Positions 29,634 to 39,369 of a stretch of DNA of 64,000 nucleotides are shown one piece after another (within the stretch, counting starts at the first letter, position 1; the number at the start of each line of letters is the position of its first letter). The notes under the pieces were generated by a model. It had not been told where the DNA came from. It worked only from the letters and a program-made list of their open reading frames with translations, and did not search any database. The DNA comes from Desulfomonilia bacterium (GTDB lineage: Bacteria > Desulfobacterota > Desulfomonilia > UBA1062), in contig CAXXDQ010000005.1 in NCBI GenBank assembly GCA_963664325.2, positions 32,001 to 96,000 on the forward strand. The letters run 5' to 3'. Both the position numbers and the translations under genes were made by a program.

Positions 29634-30632
29634 ATGTCACTAATTTGGAAACGTTATAAATGTGTCGAAGAAATCGAATTGAGTTTAGCAAAAGATTTAG
29701 TCGACTTACTTCGACCAACAAATATTTATTGGGGAACCAAGGAAACTTCGTCTTGGTATTTTCGAGGGCAGGAAAATGCACGCTGGTCACTAATACCACG
29801 AGCTTGGAGGACTATGCCACCATCTGGCCTCGAAGTGCTAGTGAGTTCATTTCTAGAGTTTCTCAAGGATCGACGGGCTAAGCCAAAGGTCAAAGCTCTT
29901 GCAAGAATGCATCATGTCACGCCTGTTGATCTACCGGAGTTTGAGAAATTGCTTGCACACCTTGCTGCAGAAGTAGACGCAGTGAAGCATTTCACTGTGT
30001 TTGCTGACGAATTGGGTATTAATGTTCCTGATACTGGGTCGCTTGTGAGTGGGGTCGTTTTTCTTGGGTCTGTTCTGGAAAAATCGGATTGGCCAGAAAT
30101 CCTACACCCATCTTCGCCATTTGGTATAGCGCAACACCATGGCATACCGACGCGTCTTATGGATTGGTCAAGGAACCCACTCATAGCAGCCTATTTTGCA
30201 TCTGCTGTGTCAGCGGGAACACCCCCCAATGATATAGCCATTTGGGCTGTTAATATCCCATTTCTTAGATCGGCTGATCCAAGTTTCGGTCTTCAGATCC
30301 TAACTTCACCCCGTGCACAAGACGCTTTCCTCAAAGCACAAGAAGGATTGTTTATCTGGCACCAAGGTGCAAGCGGGTATTATTGGTCACATCGAAAGTG
30401 GCCATCACTAATCGATTCAATAGAAGAGGCCTGTAGAGGAAAGCATATAAAACCACTTCGTATTCTTAAGCTCCCATTTTCAGAAGTAACCTCACTAAAA
30501 AAGTTGCTTTGGCGTGAAAGAATATCACTTGCCCATTTAATGCCAACGCACGACAACATAGCTCGCACAGCCATAGATGCATGGGCAACATTTGAAGGTC
30601 TCAGAACAGAAGTAAGTGGTTATGGAGAATAG
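29634..30632 (+). CDS. FRG domain protein (cassette)
   Basis: WYFRGQ, LIPRAWR, AQHHGIPTRLMDWSRNPLIAAYFA, AQEGLF. Confidence 0.9.
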   Translation: MSLIWKRYKCVEEIELSLAKDLVDLLRPTNIYWGTKETSSWYFRGQENARWSLIPRAWRTMPPSGLEVLVSSFLEFLKDRRAKPKVKALARMHHVTPVDLPEFEKLLAHLAAEVDAVKHFTVFADELGINVPDTGSLVSGVVFLGSVLEKSDWPEILHPSSPFGIAQHHGIPTRLMDWSRNPLIAAYFASAVSAGTPPNDIAIWAVNIPFLRSADPSFGLQILTSPRAQDAFLKAQEGLFIWHQGASGYYWSHRKWPSLIDSIEEACRGKHIKPLRILKLPFSEVTSLKKLLWRERISLAHLMPTHDNIARTAIDAWATFEGLRTEVSGYGE

Positions 30633-30688
30633 GTCTAACAATCACATCCACCGGACGGCTAAAACCGCCGGTGATGCCTACGTTATAC
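30633..30688 (+). repeat. attC site
   Basis: R'' GTCTAAC directly after the stop; CATCCACC/GGTGATG pairing with an extrahelical base; CCGGACGG/CCGCCGG; R' GTTATAC; 56 bp. Confidence 0.88.
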
Positions 30689-30708
30689 GAAAAATGGAAG
30701 AGGCACAT

Positions 30709-30817
30709 ATGCGAATGATTGATATGGATTCAGAGAGGCGAGTTAGATCATTACAGCTCTATTTGAGGCCTGAGGAAGCCACAGAATTTCAACGCGTCGC
30801 TGATTTTAAAATTAGAC
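30709..30817 (+). pseudogene. Internally deleted cassette (gene 5' end fused to right half of attC)
   Basis: RBS plus MRMIDMDSERRVRSLQLYLRPEEATEFQR runs into CGTCGCTGATTTTAAA-ATTAGAC, which resembles the right arm of attC 31544-31600. Confidence 0.6.
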
Positions 30818-30832
30818 CTGTGAGAAATAGAA

Positions 30833-31543
30833 ATGAGTGAAGATAAGCTCATTAAAGGATGGATCAATCCATTGGCGTTCCTTGACGTTGATGAACCTTG
30901 GGCTGCAATCGGTGCAAGTCAACCGAAACTAGAATCAGTCATAGGCTTTCTATGCCCTCCCGGTATACCCGCAGATTTAGATAGCTTGATCGCTCGATAC
31001 AAGGAAATCAGTACCGAACCAGTACGCTTGTTTGCAGCACCAGCAGAGCCGCGCATTCTAGAAAAACTCGTTTGGCCTCTCCGGAATGCAAAGGGTTCAT
31101 ATGTCATCGGCAATTACCTCGCGGTTATAGCACTCTCTGGAATGGTTGCAGAGATGGTTGCTATTCTCGCATGGGATCTTGGAGAAGTTACTCTGGGAGG
31201 CCATCTAATGAGTGACGATGAACAAAAAGCACTGTTTGGTTCAACTTTTGAGCGCCTCGGTCAAGAGCGACGCGTAAAAGTGCTTTCGACATACAGAATA
31301 ATTGATGAGGAAACTGTAGGAAGATTCGATACCGTAAGGGTGATTCGTAGAAAGTACTTGCACATCTGGTCGCAGGATCATGATACATTACCTACTGATT
31401 CCAAGGCATGTTTCCATGCGGCAGTCGCCTTAGTAACTGGGATCATTGGTCAGGACATTAAAGATGGGAAAATAATGCTGAACCCACGGCTGATAAAGTA
31501 TTTAGAGAAACATGGAGTGTGTGAACCAGTTGAAGATGAATAG
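30833..31543 (+). CDS. Hypothetical protein (cassette)
   Basis: 236-aa ORF ending at an attC; the C-terminal RRKYLH is a possible HEPN-like RxxxxH motif. Confidence 0.8.
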   Translation: MSEDKLIKGWINPLAFLDVDEPWAAIGASQPKLESVIGFLCPPGIPADLDSLIARYKEISTEPVRLFAAPAEPRILEKLVWPLRNAKGSYVIGNYLAVIALSGMVAEMVAILAWDLGEVTLGGHLMSDDEQKALFGSTFERLGQERRVKVLSTYRIIDEETVGRFDTVRVIRRKYLHIWSQDHDTLPTDSKACFHAAVALVTGIIGQDIKDGKIMLNPRLIKYLEKHGVCEPVEDE

Positions 31544-31600
31544 GTCTAACCCGCTAATCCAACGGACGTCTTACAGCCGCCGCTGATTTTTGTGTTAGGT
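31544..31600 (+). repeat. attC site
   Basis: R'' GTCTAAC, AATCCAACGGACG/CGCCGCTGATT, R' GTTAGGT; 57 bp. Confidence 0.88.
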
Positions 31601-31607
31601 CAATAAA

Positions 31608-32255
31608 ATGAAACGAAACTCACAAGAAAAATTCGTCGTCCTTTATGATACGGCAAAAAAATGTCTTTTAATTCTCGACCATCTTTATGCCAATCTCGAA
31701 AACGGAACAAACCAAGCAATGGACGCGAGTAAAATAAAGCAAGATCTTTCAATTGTAACTAGCATATATATATCTGCGTTAGGTCTCATAGATTATTTCC
31801 ATCGTTTCCATGAAGTCGTTGCAGCTATGACCTTAATAAGAAAAGATTGCCCCGAACTAAAAAAACTCGGAAAAACAATCGAGCCAGTTAAAGAGTGTCG
31901 AAACTATCTACAACACATGCGCGGTGATTTAATGAAGAATGATTCCATCGACTACCCAATATTGGGAGCAATATCTTGGATTCATGAAGGCCGCAACTAT
32001 ACCATCTTTTCAAATCAGGCAACTCAAAGTATGAGTGTGCCTGGAATAGCTTACGACCGTTTTGCAGCCAATTATATTTGTAAATATCAACTAATTGTCG
32101 GAGGGCACGAAATAAGAATTGATACCGTGTATAGCGAGATAAAATTGTTCTGGGCATGGCTCGAAAAAATTGTCGTAATAGAGCCATCACACGTAAAAGA
32201 TTATATATGGGGCAACCCAACGATTATCTGTTCAGAAATAAAAATGAAAACCTAA
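31608..32255 (+). CDS. Hypothetical protein (cassette)
   Basis: 215-aa ORF with its stop inside R''; contains RNYLQH (possible HEPN-like RNxxxH). Confidence 0.8.
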   Translation: MKRNSQEKFVVLYDTAKKCLLILDHLYANLENGTNQAMDASKIKQDLSIVTSIYISALGLIDYFHRFHEVVAAMTLIRKDCPELKKLGKTIEPVKECRNYLQHMRGDLMKNDSIDYPILGAISWIHEGRNYTIFSNQATQSMSVPGIAYDRFAANYICKYQLIVGGHEIRIDTVYSEIKLFWAWLEKIVVIEPSHVKDYIWGNPTIICSEIKMKT

Positions 32256-32305
32256 CAAAAGCAATACACCCGATCGCTACGCTCCGGGTGATTTTTTCGT
32301 TACAT
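32250..32305 (+). repeat. attC site
   Basis: R'' ACCTAAC is the exact complement of the cassette start GTTAGGT; AATACACCCG/CGGGTGATT; R' GTTACAT. Confidence 0.85.
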
Positions 32306-32531
32306 CTCAATGAAGAACCTTTATTTTCAAATTGCTGAAAAAGTATAGCTCTTTGCTTAAGATATGCACCATAAGTCGTTCTAGCAAAACTATAGATTTT
32401 ATCACGTCATCTAAATTTTAAACCGATCTGAAAAATTATGGATATCTTGAGGTAATCTTTAGTTAGCAAAACTACAAACAGCATCGGAGACCTGGACAAG
32501 TTTTTAAGAATGACAAAGTCCATATCTATGT

Positions 32532-32810
32532 AAGAAATAACAACTTCATTTCTTTCCCCGAAGAAAAGGTTCGCTGTAAACTAATAAATTATTGCATCGA
32601 TCAAAGCCGGAACATTACCCAGAAAGCCAGTCGGAGCTTTTGAAACAAACCGGATATTTCTTGCCCGGTAATCAAGAGATTTTACCTGCCCGGTCATAAC
32701 AAATCCTTATGTTCTTCAGGATTGATTAAGCCTTGCGGCAAGGTCTTCGAGCTCTGCCCAGCGCGAATATGCCGTATCGAACTCGCTTTCCACTACATCA
32801 AGTCTTGAGT
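32532..32810 (-). pseudogene. Diverged duplicate of the uup 3' end plus downstream sequence
   Basis: Translates SRLDVVESEFDTAYSRWAELEDLAARLNQS* versus uup ARLEAVEAELDAAYTRWSELEDLAAKLNPS*; the downstream DNA aligns with 56818-56999. Confidence 0.9.
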
Positions 32811-32842
32811 TCGCCGAGTGAAATAACGTCAGCCGGCTGCTG

Positions 32843-33154
32843 TCACTGCTCCCGCGGCTTGTAGTCTCTATAAAGCGTTTCAAAGTAAGAAAATGGTCCA
32901 AGGGGAATCATTTCAAAGTCGATGAATTTTTCCTGCACAAAAGGCAGTTCGCCAAGCTTGTTCCGTGCTTCGTCAACACTGCCGCATTCAAGCACGAAAA
33001 CAACTCCCAGACGACGATCTTGACAACTGTACATTTCCCGTACAGTACTTTCTTTGTAGAGTTTCCAGGCGTGCCTCACTTCTGCTTCGAGATGGGGCTG
33101 TATATTCTCGATGGTAGTTTGAGGATCAACTTTGGCGATTGCCAGAATCTTCAT
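32843..33154 (-). CDS. Small dimeric alpha/beta-barrel protein (muconolactone isomerase/YCII-like)
   Basis: EVRHAWKLYKESTVREMY, VFVLECGSVDEARNKLGELPFV, FEMIPLGPF. Confidence 0.7.
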   Translation of the reverse strand: MKILAIAKVDPQTTIENIQPHLEAEVRHAWKLYKESTVREMYSCQDRRLGVVFVLECGSVDEARNKLGELPFVQEKFIDFEMIPLGPFSYFETLYRDYKPREQ

Positions 33155-33180
33155 AACATCTTTCCTTTTTATGATTAAAT

Positions 33181-34095
33181 TTATTTGAGGGGAGGGGCAA
33201 CTTCCATCGGATTAAGACCATTGGCCGACCAGGCGAATGCCTGATTCCGATCGAGCCGGTTCAAGCGCTCCATGTCGCTATCCGGAATTTCAAAATCGAA
33301 TAAGTTCAAATTTTCTCTTATGCGCTCAGGTTTGCCGCTTTTCGTCAATACGCAATAGCCGTGCTGCAATCCCCACCTCAGCAGCAATCGGGCTTCGGAC
33401 ACCTTCAGTCCGGCCGCGATTTCACGGATGGCCATCTGGCACTCTTTTTTCAGTCCGGCGAGGACTTCTCCGCCCTGTCCCTCTTCAGCCCGCCAGGCGG
33501 CAAGAGGGGCGAGCGAGCTGTATGCAACCGGTTCGATTGCATTCTCCTTCATGTACCGGGTCAAGGCAATCCGGGCGCAAAGTGGATGAAATTCGATCTG
33601 GTTTGCCTCGGGTTTCGCCATGCCTGCATCCATGATCTCTATAATTTGCTCTTCATTATAGTTCGACACCCCGATGTGTTTTGTCAGCCCTGATTTTTTC
33701 AGTTCCATCAAAGCGTTCCACTGTTCCAGCCTGAGTTCCGAGAGCGGGGCATGAATAAGGTAAAGATCAACATGATCAAGCCTGAGCTGTCCCAGCTGAT
33801 TCTTCAGCGTTTCAATGGTTTGCTTGCGGGTTTTTTCTGGCGCCCCCCACTCTTTGTATCCGGGAAAAAGTTTTGTGGTTATGAAAATATCATCCCGTGG
33901 AACGCCTGCTGCCTTTATTCCCCTGCCGGTGCCCTCTTCATTATTATAGCCTTCGGCTGAATCGATATGCCGGAAACCCTCAATAAGGGCCTCCTTGACA
34001 CAGGCTTCGGCCTGGTCAATTGACAGCTGGTAGGTGCCGAATCCCACGAGAGGCATGCCTATTTTATTGCGTGTCGATCTTGTTATTTCCATCAT
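33181..34095 (-). CDS. Aldo/keto reductase (2,5-DKG reductase-like)
   Basis: MPLVGFGTY, GFRHIDSAEGYNNE, DLYLIHAP, IGVSNY, NQIEFHP. Confidence 0.93.
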   Translation of the reverse strand: MMEITRSTRNKIGMPLVGFGTYQLSIDQAEACVKEALIEGFRHIDSAEGYNNEEGTGRGIKAAGVPRDDIFITTKLFPGYKEWGAPEKTRKQTIETLKNQLGQLRLDHVDLYLIHAPLSELRLEQWNALMELKKSGLTKHIGVSNYNEEQIIEIMDAGMAKPEANQIEFHPLCARIALTRYMKENAIEPVAYSSLAPLAAWRAEEGQGGEVLAGLKKECQMAIREIAAGLKVSEARLLLRWGLQHGYCVLTKSGKPERIRENLNLFDFEIPDSDMERLNRLDRNQAFAWSANGLNPMEVAPPLK

Positions 34096-34273
34096 TAACC
34101 TCCTTTGAAAATCGCCGGTCTGCGATAATCAATTTAAATGATAATTAAATTTTCACAATACCTGATCCTGTTAATTATTGCCTGATCCTGCGGAACTCGG
34201 AAAAAAACATTGCGAAATTGAGGTTATTATCCTACGTTTTTGCAAAATCCCATATGAATGGCGGTAATGACAA

Positions 34274-35170
34274 ATGCATGAAAAACAGAGGAACCTGATT
34301 GCGCTGTTTACAGCCTTGATGCCGAAAGAAGCTTCTCTAGCCACATCAGTCAAGGGGATATCCCTGTTTCGGATTGATGATTCTTTTTCCCGGACACCCT
34401 ATTCATATAATTCCGAAATCATAATTCTTGCGCAGGGAGAAAAACATACCTACCTTGGAAACGAGGTGTTTACCTATGATGCCTCACATTATCTGGTTCT
34501 TCCCGTTCCAATGCCCCTTGAATGCGAAGGCATGGCCAAACCGGGCAAGCCGATACTGGGCCTCTCCATTGCCATTGATCCGATCGAAGTCGGTGAGATA
34601 CTGTTGAATATGGAGGATGTCCGGAAAGAAATTCGATCTCTGCCGAGGGGGATATACGGCGCTCCGATGAATGAGGCGCTTTACGACGCAGTGATAAGGC
34701 TTCTTCAGGCAATCGCCGACCCTCTTGACAAAAAGGTGCTCGCGCCGATGATTAAAAGGGAAATTGTCTATCGGGTCCTGCAGGGCGAAAAAGGAGAGAT
34801 TCTTCAGGCCCTTGTTCACCGCAACAAGCGGTTTTTTCAGATCGCAAAAGTGCTTCAGAAAATCCACGAATCATGCAGCAGTGATTTTGATATGGAGAAA
34901 CTGGCAAAAGAATTGGACATGAGCAGCTCCACATTTCACAGCAGCTTTAAGGCGGTGACGGATACATCGCCCCTGCAGTATATCAAAAATATCCGTCTGC
35001 ACAAGGCGCGAACCTTTATGATTCAGGATGGGCAGAATGCAAATATGGCCGCGATGCAGGTGGGATACGAAAGCCCTTCCCAGTTCAACAGGGAATACAA
35101 GCGCCTGTTCGGAGTAACGCCGGCGAAAGATGCGACAGTTCTTCGCGGGCAGCTCATGGTTAATCGGTAA
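34274..35170 (+). CDS. AraC-family regulator (YqhC-like N-terminal domain)
   Basis: IILAQGEKH, FKAVTDTSPLQYIKNIRL, VGYESPSQFNREYKRLFG. Confidence 0.93.
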   Translation: MHEKQRNLIALFTALMPKEASLATSVKGISLFRIDDSFSRTPYSYNSEIIILAQGEKHTYLGNEVFTYDASHYLVLPVPMPLECEGMAKPGKPILGLSIAIDPIEVGEILLNMEDVRKEIRSLPRGIYGAPMNEALYDAVIRLLQAIADPLDKKVLAPMIKREIVYRVLQGEKGEILQALVHRNKRFFQIAKVLQKIHESCSSDFDMEKLAKELDMSSSTFHSSFKAVTDTSPLQYIKNIRLHKARTFMIQDGQNANMAAMQVGYESPSQFNREYKRLFGVTPAKDATVLRGQLMVNR

Positions 35171-35192
35171 ACATACACTTTTTATATAAAGT

Positions 35193-36188
35193 TCATTGGT
35201 TGACCGCCGACATTTCTTCGGGTGAATACCGGTCTCCCAGGACCCTGCCGGCCAGGTTATCGAGCACACGCAGGTCTTCACCGGCAAGCCGGCAGTCGAG
35301 CGCCCCAAGATTGGTTTTGAGATTGGCAAGCTTTGTAGTGCCGGGAATGGCTGCAATATGATCCCCCCGGCTCAATACCCAGGCCAGGGCGACCTGCGCT
35401 GCAAGGCATTCCTTTCGGGCGGCAATCTCCTTGATTGCCTCCACCAGTCTGAGGTTGGCCTCTATATTGCCGGGCTGAAATCGGGGCTGCATTTGGGAGC
35501 GGAAATCCGTCTCATTGACAGGACGCTCACTGGCCGAATTATAGCGGCCCGTCAGCATTCCCCGGCCTAAGGGCGAATAGGCGACCAGGCTGATGTTCAG
35601 CTCCATGCATGCGGGGAGGATGTCCCGCTCGATATCCCGGCTGAAAATCGAATACTCGGTCTGAAGTGCGGCGATCGGATAAACGGCGTTCGCCCGCCTG
35701 ATTGTCTCAGCCGAAGCCTCCGACAGACCGACAGCCCTTATTTTACCTTCTTCAACCAGCTTCGCCATCTCTCCCACCGTCTCTTCGATCGGAGTGGACG
35801 GGTCCACACGGTGGAGATAATAAAGATCAATCCTGTCAGTACCCAGCCGCTGAAGGCTCTTTTCGCATGAGCTGCGGACATTGGCCGGAGAGCCGTCAAC
35901 CCCGACAAAAGCGCCTGTGGCCGGGTCCCTTTTGGGCCCGAACTTGGTGGCCAGCACTATTTGCTTCCATCGCCCGGCAAAGGCCTTGCCCAGCAATTGC
36001 TCGTTGCGCCCCTGGCCGTAAATTTCCGCGGTATCAAAGTGGGTGACTCCCAGGTCTATCGCCCGGTGGAGCAAATTAATGGCTTCCGACTCTTGCGCGG
36101 GCGGTCCGTAAAACTCGGAAAGGCCCATGCAGCCAAGTCCGATGGCGGATACTGAAATCCCTGATTTTCCAAGATTACGTGTAATCAT
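35193..36188 (-). CDS. Aldo/keto reductase (AKR13-like)
   Basis: VSAIGLGCMGLS, DTAEIYG, ATKFG, DLYYLHRVDP, AYSPLGRG, IPGT. Confidence 0.93.
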   Translation of the reverse strand: MITRNLGKSGISVSAIGLGCMGLSEFYGPPAQESEAINLLHRAIDLGVTHFDTAEIYGQGRNEQLLGKAFAGRWKQIVLATKFGPKRDPATGAFVGVDGSPANVRSSCEKSLQRLGTDRIDLYYLHRVDPSTPIEETVGEMAKLVEEGKIRAVGLSEASAETIRRANAVYPIAALQTEYSIFSRDIERDILPACMELNISLVAYSPLGRGMLTGRYNSASERPVNETDFRSQMQPRFQPGNIEANLRLVEAIKEIAARKECLAAQVALAWVLSRGDHIAAIPGTTKLANLKTNLGALDCRLAGEDLRVLDNLAGRVLGDRYSPEEMSAVNQ

Positions 36189-36222
36189 TTAGACTCCTTT
36201 ATCCTTAAATGATCGCTGATCA

Positions 36223-36909
36223 TCAGAGCGCAAAGCGAGGGTACCTGCGCCACTTTTCAGGCACCTTTTCCTTTTCCGGGACAATATGTGCGGAGCATGC
36301 GGGTGAGCCTTCGGGTATGAGGTCCTCGATGAGCATCCTCGCACCCATCATGCGAACACACTGCCGGTCCCACTTGTTCGTGGCCATGCAAATCTTCATA
36401 TTGTCGCCGTTTACATACCCGATAGGGCACTGAAGGAACCTGAATTTTACGCTGTCATCCTTTACGTCATCCACCTCGATCTTGAAATCGAAGATGTCCG
36501 TAGCGGTAAAGTAACGGACAGCCGCTTTATTGACATCACTCTTTTCATTATCGAGGCCGAAGATCTTCTGCCTGCCGAGCATGTTCACGGTCATGCGCAT
36601 CGCTATGCGCAGCAGAAGCCTGTCTACGGGTCCGAGGAACTTGAGCGTACGTGCGATGTTGCCAATGCGTTTGAAATTACCAGTCAGCCTGAAATACTCC
36701 TCCTCATTATTCGCCGCCTTTTTCCCCAGGCTGAACAGCATGCCGAAGGCCCTGATCATGACCGAATCCGCAATACGAACGGCAAGTGACCCATTAAGCA
36801 CGGGTTTGCCCTTAATATACAGTGTTTTTGTAAGGATATCGTACTTCTCCTGGATTGTGAGCTTCTTGAGTCCCATCTTGCCATTTCTGTCTGTGACTGC
36901 CATAATCAT
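36223..36909 (-). CDS. Hypothetical protein with Cys-containing V4R/ATC-hydrolase-like C-terminus
   Basis: FRFLQCPIGY...ICMATNKWD...IPEGSPAC; RBS AGGAGG. Confidence 0.65.
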   Translation of the reverse strand: MIMAVTDRNGKMGLKKLTIQEKYDILTKTLYIKGKPVLNGSLAVRIADSVMIRAFGMLFSLGKKAANNEEEYFRLTGNFKRIGNIARTLKFLGPVDRLLLRIAMRMTVNMLGRQKIFGLDNEKSDVNKAAVRYFTATDIFDFKIEVDDVKDDSVKFRFLQCPIGYVNGDNMKICMATNKWDRQCVRMMGARMLIEDLIPEGSPACSAHIVPEKEKVPEKWRRYPRFAL

Positions 36910-36968
36910 ACCTCCTGAATACGATTATACATAACTTTACTTAATCAATGCCGCTCCACTCTGCCATC

Positions 36969-37033
36969 ACCCGACATTCGAATTCACCGGCCGGCGCTGT
37001 TTTGTGCAGGTGTGGTGGAATGACTGGTTCGGC
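36969..37033 (-). repeat. attC-like site
   Basis: Minus strand: R'' GCCGAAC, TTCCACC/GGTGAA pairing, degenerate R' GTCGGGT. Confidence 0.65.
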
Positions 37034-37037
37034 CCGC

Positions 37038-37433
37038 TCAAGGTATTATTCCGTCTTCTGCAACATATTGAACCACTGACAGAAGGTTTCCGTCTGGGTC
37101 GCGGAACCAGGCCACCCGGCTGCCGTCAGGCAACCGCACGATTCCTTCATCATTATGCGGAAAGTTTGCGAACTTTTCCATATCTATGCCGCGCACTCTC
37201 AATCCGGTTACGACATCTTCAATATTCGACACAGCGAAGCCTAGAACCGTGTGCTCTGAAGGCCGCGACGACGGAACAGGGGATACCCTGAGCATACTGT
37301 TGCCCACTTGGAAGATCAGGGCTCCCAACGACTTTCCCTTCAGGGGAAGCCCAAGAACGTTACAGTAAAAATGTTCGGCTTTATCCATATTCGAAGTGCA
37401 GATTATTGTCTGCAATTTTGACGTCGAAAGCAT
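37038..37433 (-). CDS. VOC/glyoxalase family protein (cassette)
   Basis: AEHFYCNVLGL, HTVLGFAV, VAWFRDPDGNLLS. Confidence 0.9.
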   Translation of the reverse strand: MLSTSKLQTIICTSNMDKAEHFYCNVLGLPLKGKSLGALIFQVGNSMLRVSPVPSSRPSEHTVLGFAVSNIEDVVTGLRVRGIDMEKFANFPHNDEGIVRLPDGSRVAWFRDPDGNLLSVVQYVAEDGIIP

Positions 37434-37459
37434 TGTAACCTCCCTATCATTTTGCCACC

Positions 37460-37535
37460 ATCCAACGACCAGGCTTGCCGGAATGTGTGAAGCGAGACAA
37501 AACGCATTTCCGGATAATGCGCATGGTTGTTCAAT
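37460..37535 (-). repeat. attC-like site
   Basis: Minus strand: ATTGAAC...CCGGAAATGCG/CACATTCCGG...GTTGGAT. Confidence 0.5.
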
Positions 37536-37538
37536 GAG

Positions 37539-38129
37539 TTATATTCCATTTTTTGTAAACCCCATAGAATTTCTAATATGATCGGAGTTTGTTTTGTTTG
37601 TAAGTTTTTCCAGAAGCAGCAATGCCACATCAATGGCGCTCGCCGGATTCCAGCTTGTGATGATGTTTTCATCCATGACTATGGGTTGATCTACGATCTC
37701 CGCACCAAATTCTTTTAAGGCGCTCCTTCGAACCTGGCTATTATATGTTGTCGCCCTTCTGCCTCTCAATATTCCGCTTTTTCCAAGAGGCAATGCGGCA
37801 ACACAAATTGAAGCTATCAGTTTCTTCATTGAATTAAAGTTTTGGATGATCTTCAAGAATGAATCATTATATGCGTCTGCATAAAAACCATATTCTTCAA
37901 ATCCGCCGGGTATCGCCAATGCGTCAAATTCATTTGCATTGATTTCAGTGTTAAGGAAGTCAACTACAATTTTTTGGTCAAAACTTGATCTGACCTCTTT
38001 GGTAAGGCCACAAGAAAATAATTTTGTGGATTTGTCGCCTTCAGTAAGATTCCAGCCCAGCACATCTATAAAGACGCTTGCTTCGTATGTTTCAAAACCA
38101 TTTGCGAGTAAAAGTAGAATCTTTTTCAT
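37539..38129 (-). CDS. DJ-1/PfpI family protein (cassette)
   Basis: GFETYE, DALAIPGG, IASICVA, NIITSWNP. Confidence 0.92.
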   Translation of the reverse strand: MKKILLLLANGFETYEASVFIDVLGWNLTEGDKSTKLFSCGLTKEVRSSFDQKIVVDFLNTEINANEFDALAIPGGFEEYGFYADAYNDSFLKIIQNFNSMKKLIASICVAALPLGKSGILRGRRATTYNSQVRRSALKEFGAEIVDQPIVMDENIITSWNPASAIDVALLLLEKLTNKTNSDHIRNSMGFTKNGI

Positions 38130-38240
38130 CTGCTCCCCTTGATGACTTGATTAACCATTCATTCACAATGATTGGCATCACCGGCGGCGTTAGCCGTCCG
38201 GAGAGAAAGACCAAAGTGGTCGCGTCTCAACTCCAGAATA

Positions 38241-38597
38241 TCACTCTTGCTGAGTCTTTTGATTTTTTTCATCATTATCATCAGGCCTCTTTAAAAATAC
38301 ATAGATATCATATGGTAAAAAAACTGAATCTGATATTAAGGAGAATGGCAGATCTATTAAACCACCAATTAAAAGAAACACCCTTCTTTTCCATACACTT
38401 TTAAGTATCGGTTCCTCTTCCAATTCAGGAGACAGAGCTAAATAAATTGCACTTCCATCCATTATAGTTGCTGGATAAAATTTCATCATTTCTTGGTCAT
38501 CTTCTGACAACGGATGCGAGAATTCAGTTCGTACTACCATAGTTGCACATCCTGTAAGGATAAAAAAACTCAACAGAATAACAAATCTAGTTTTCAT
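38241..38597 (-). CDS. YceK/YidQ-family lipoprotein
   Basis: Lipobox LTGC, YPAT..D, IDLPFSLISDSVFLPYD. Confidence 0.85.
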   Translation of the reverse strand: MKTRFVILLSFFILTGCATMVVRTEFSHPLSEDDQEMMKFYPATIMDGSAIYLALSPELEEEPILKSVWKRRVFLLIGGLIDLPFSLISDSVFLPYDIYVFLKRPDDNDEKNQKTQQE

Positions 38598-38715
38598 TTT
38601 CTCTCACTTTCTTCAAACTGTCTTGATCAAGTTAGTCAAAAATATTTCGCCATTCCTGCATGCGCAGCGCCGGAACGTGCCGAACAGCCGCGGAGGTAAC
38701 TCGTCAGCTACAGCA

Positions 38716-38786
38716 GACAAATGTTGCCTGGCCTTGATTCTTGACAAATTGATTAATTGTCCCATTTCAAGGCCTGACACGAAGAC
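38716..38786 (+). repeat. REP-like palindrome family copy 3
   Basis: GACAAATG..CCTGGCCTTGATTCTTGACAAATTGATTAATTGTCCCATTTCAAGGCCTGACACGAAGAC; near-identical direct repeat at 41219-41290. Confidence 0.88.
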
Positions 38787-38799
38787 TCCACTAGGCTTA

Positions 38800-39357
38800 T
38801 TACACAAATCCTAAGTTTCCCCAGAGAGCAGCAGTAATTTTTGTTTCAACCTCAATCAGGCATTTCACTGAGTCTGAATCGATAGGATCATGATCTTGGT
38901 ATGTCTGAATTGCTACTCGGTTAATGAGTTTATCATCCTGAAGAAGACAGTACATACCTCCACTGGTATAATCGAAAATATCGGATGTAGGTATTTCAGA
39001 AGGAACAGAAGGAACGCGAAGCGCATCGAATAGAGTTTTAATACGATTATCTATATCACCACCATTCTGAATGATTCTTCCAATTTCATGTGGCACTAAG
39101 ATAGTGATCTTCAAATCCACAACAGTCTTAAGATACTCAGATATCAAAAACCAATACCGCTTTGACCCATGCTCAATGTACATGGGTTTCTCATTTAATT
39201 TACGCGTGCCCTCAAGATCACCAGAAAATGCATTTACGAATTGATCTGATTTGCATAATGACTGAATCTGTGGGTGTAAGGCTTGTCGAATAATGTGCTT
39301 TCCTGTAGCATTGTCTCGACTTTTTAATTTCCCGTAATAATGTAAGCAGAATTCCAT
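38800..39357 (-). CDS. Hypothetical protein, RusA-like nuclease fold suspected (cassette)
   Basis: GGDIDNRIKTLFDALR and LLQDDKLI resemble the RusA DxDNxxKxxxD...DD signature. Confidence 0.6.
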   Translation of the reverse strand: MEFCLHYYGKLKSRDNATGKHIIRQALHPQIQSLCKSDQFVNAFSGDLEGTRKLNEKPMYIEHGSKRYWFLISEYLKTVVDLKITILVPHEIGRIIQNGGDIDNRIKTLFDALRVPSVPSEIPTSDIFDYTSGGMYCLLQDDKLINRVAIQTYQDHDPIDSDSVKCLIEVETKITAALWGNLGFV

Positions 39358-39369
39358 TATCTCTTTAGC

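Larger units (their letters stand above)
29608..32305 (+). mobile_element. Integron gene-cassette array without integrase (CALIN-like), array 1
   Basis: Starts at GTTAGGC 29608; co-oriented genes, each followed immediately by an attC site; composition differs from the flanks. Confidence 0.85.
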
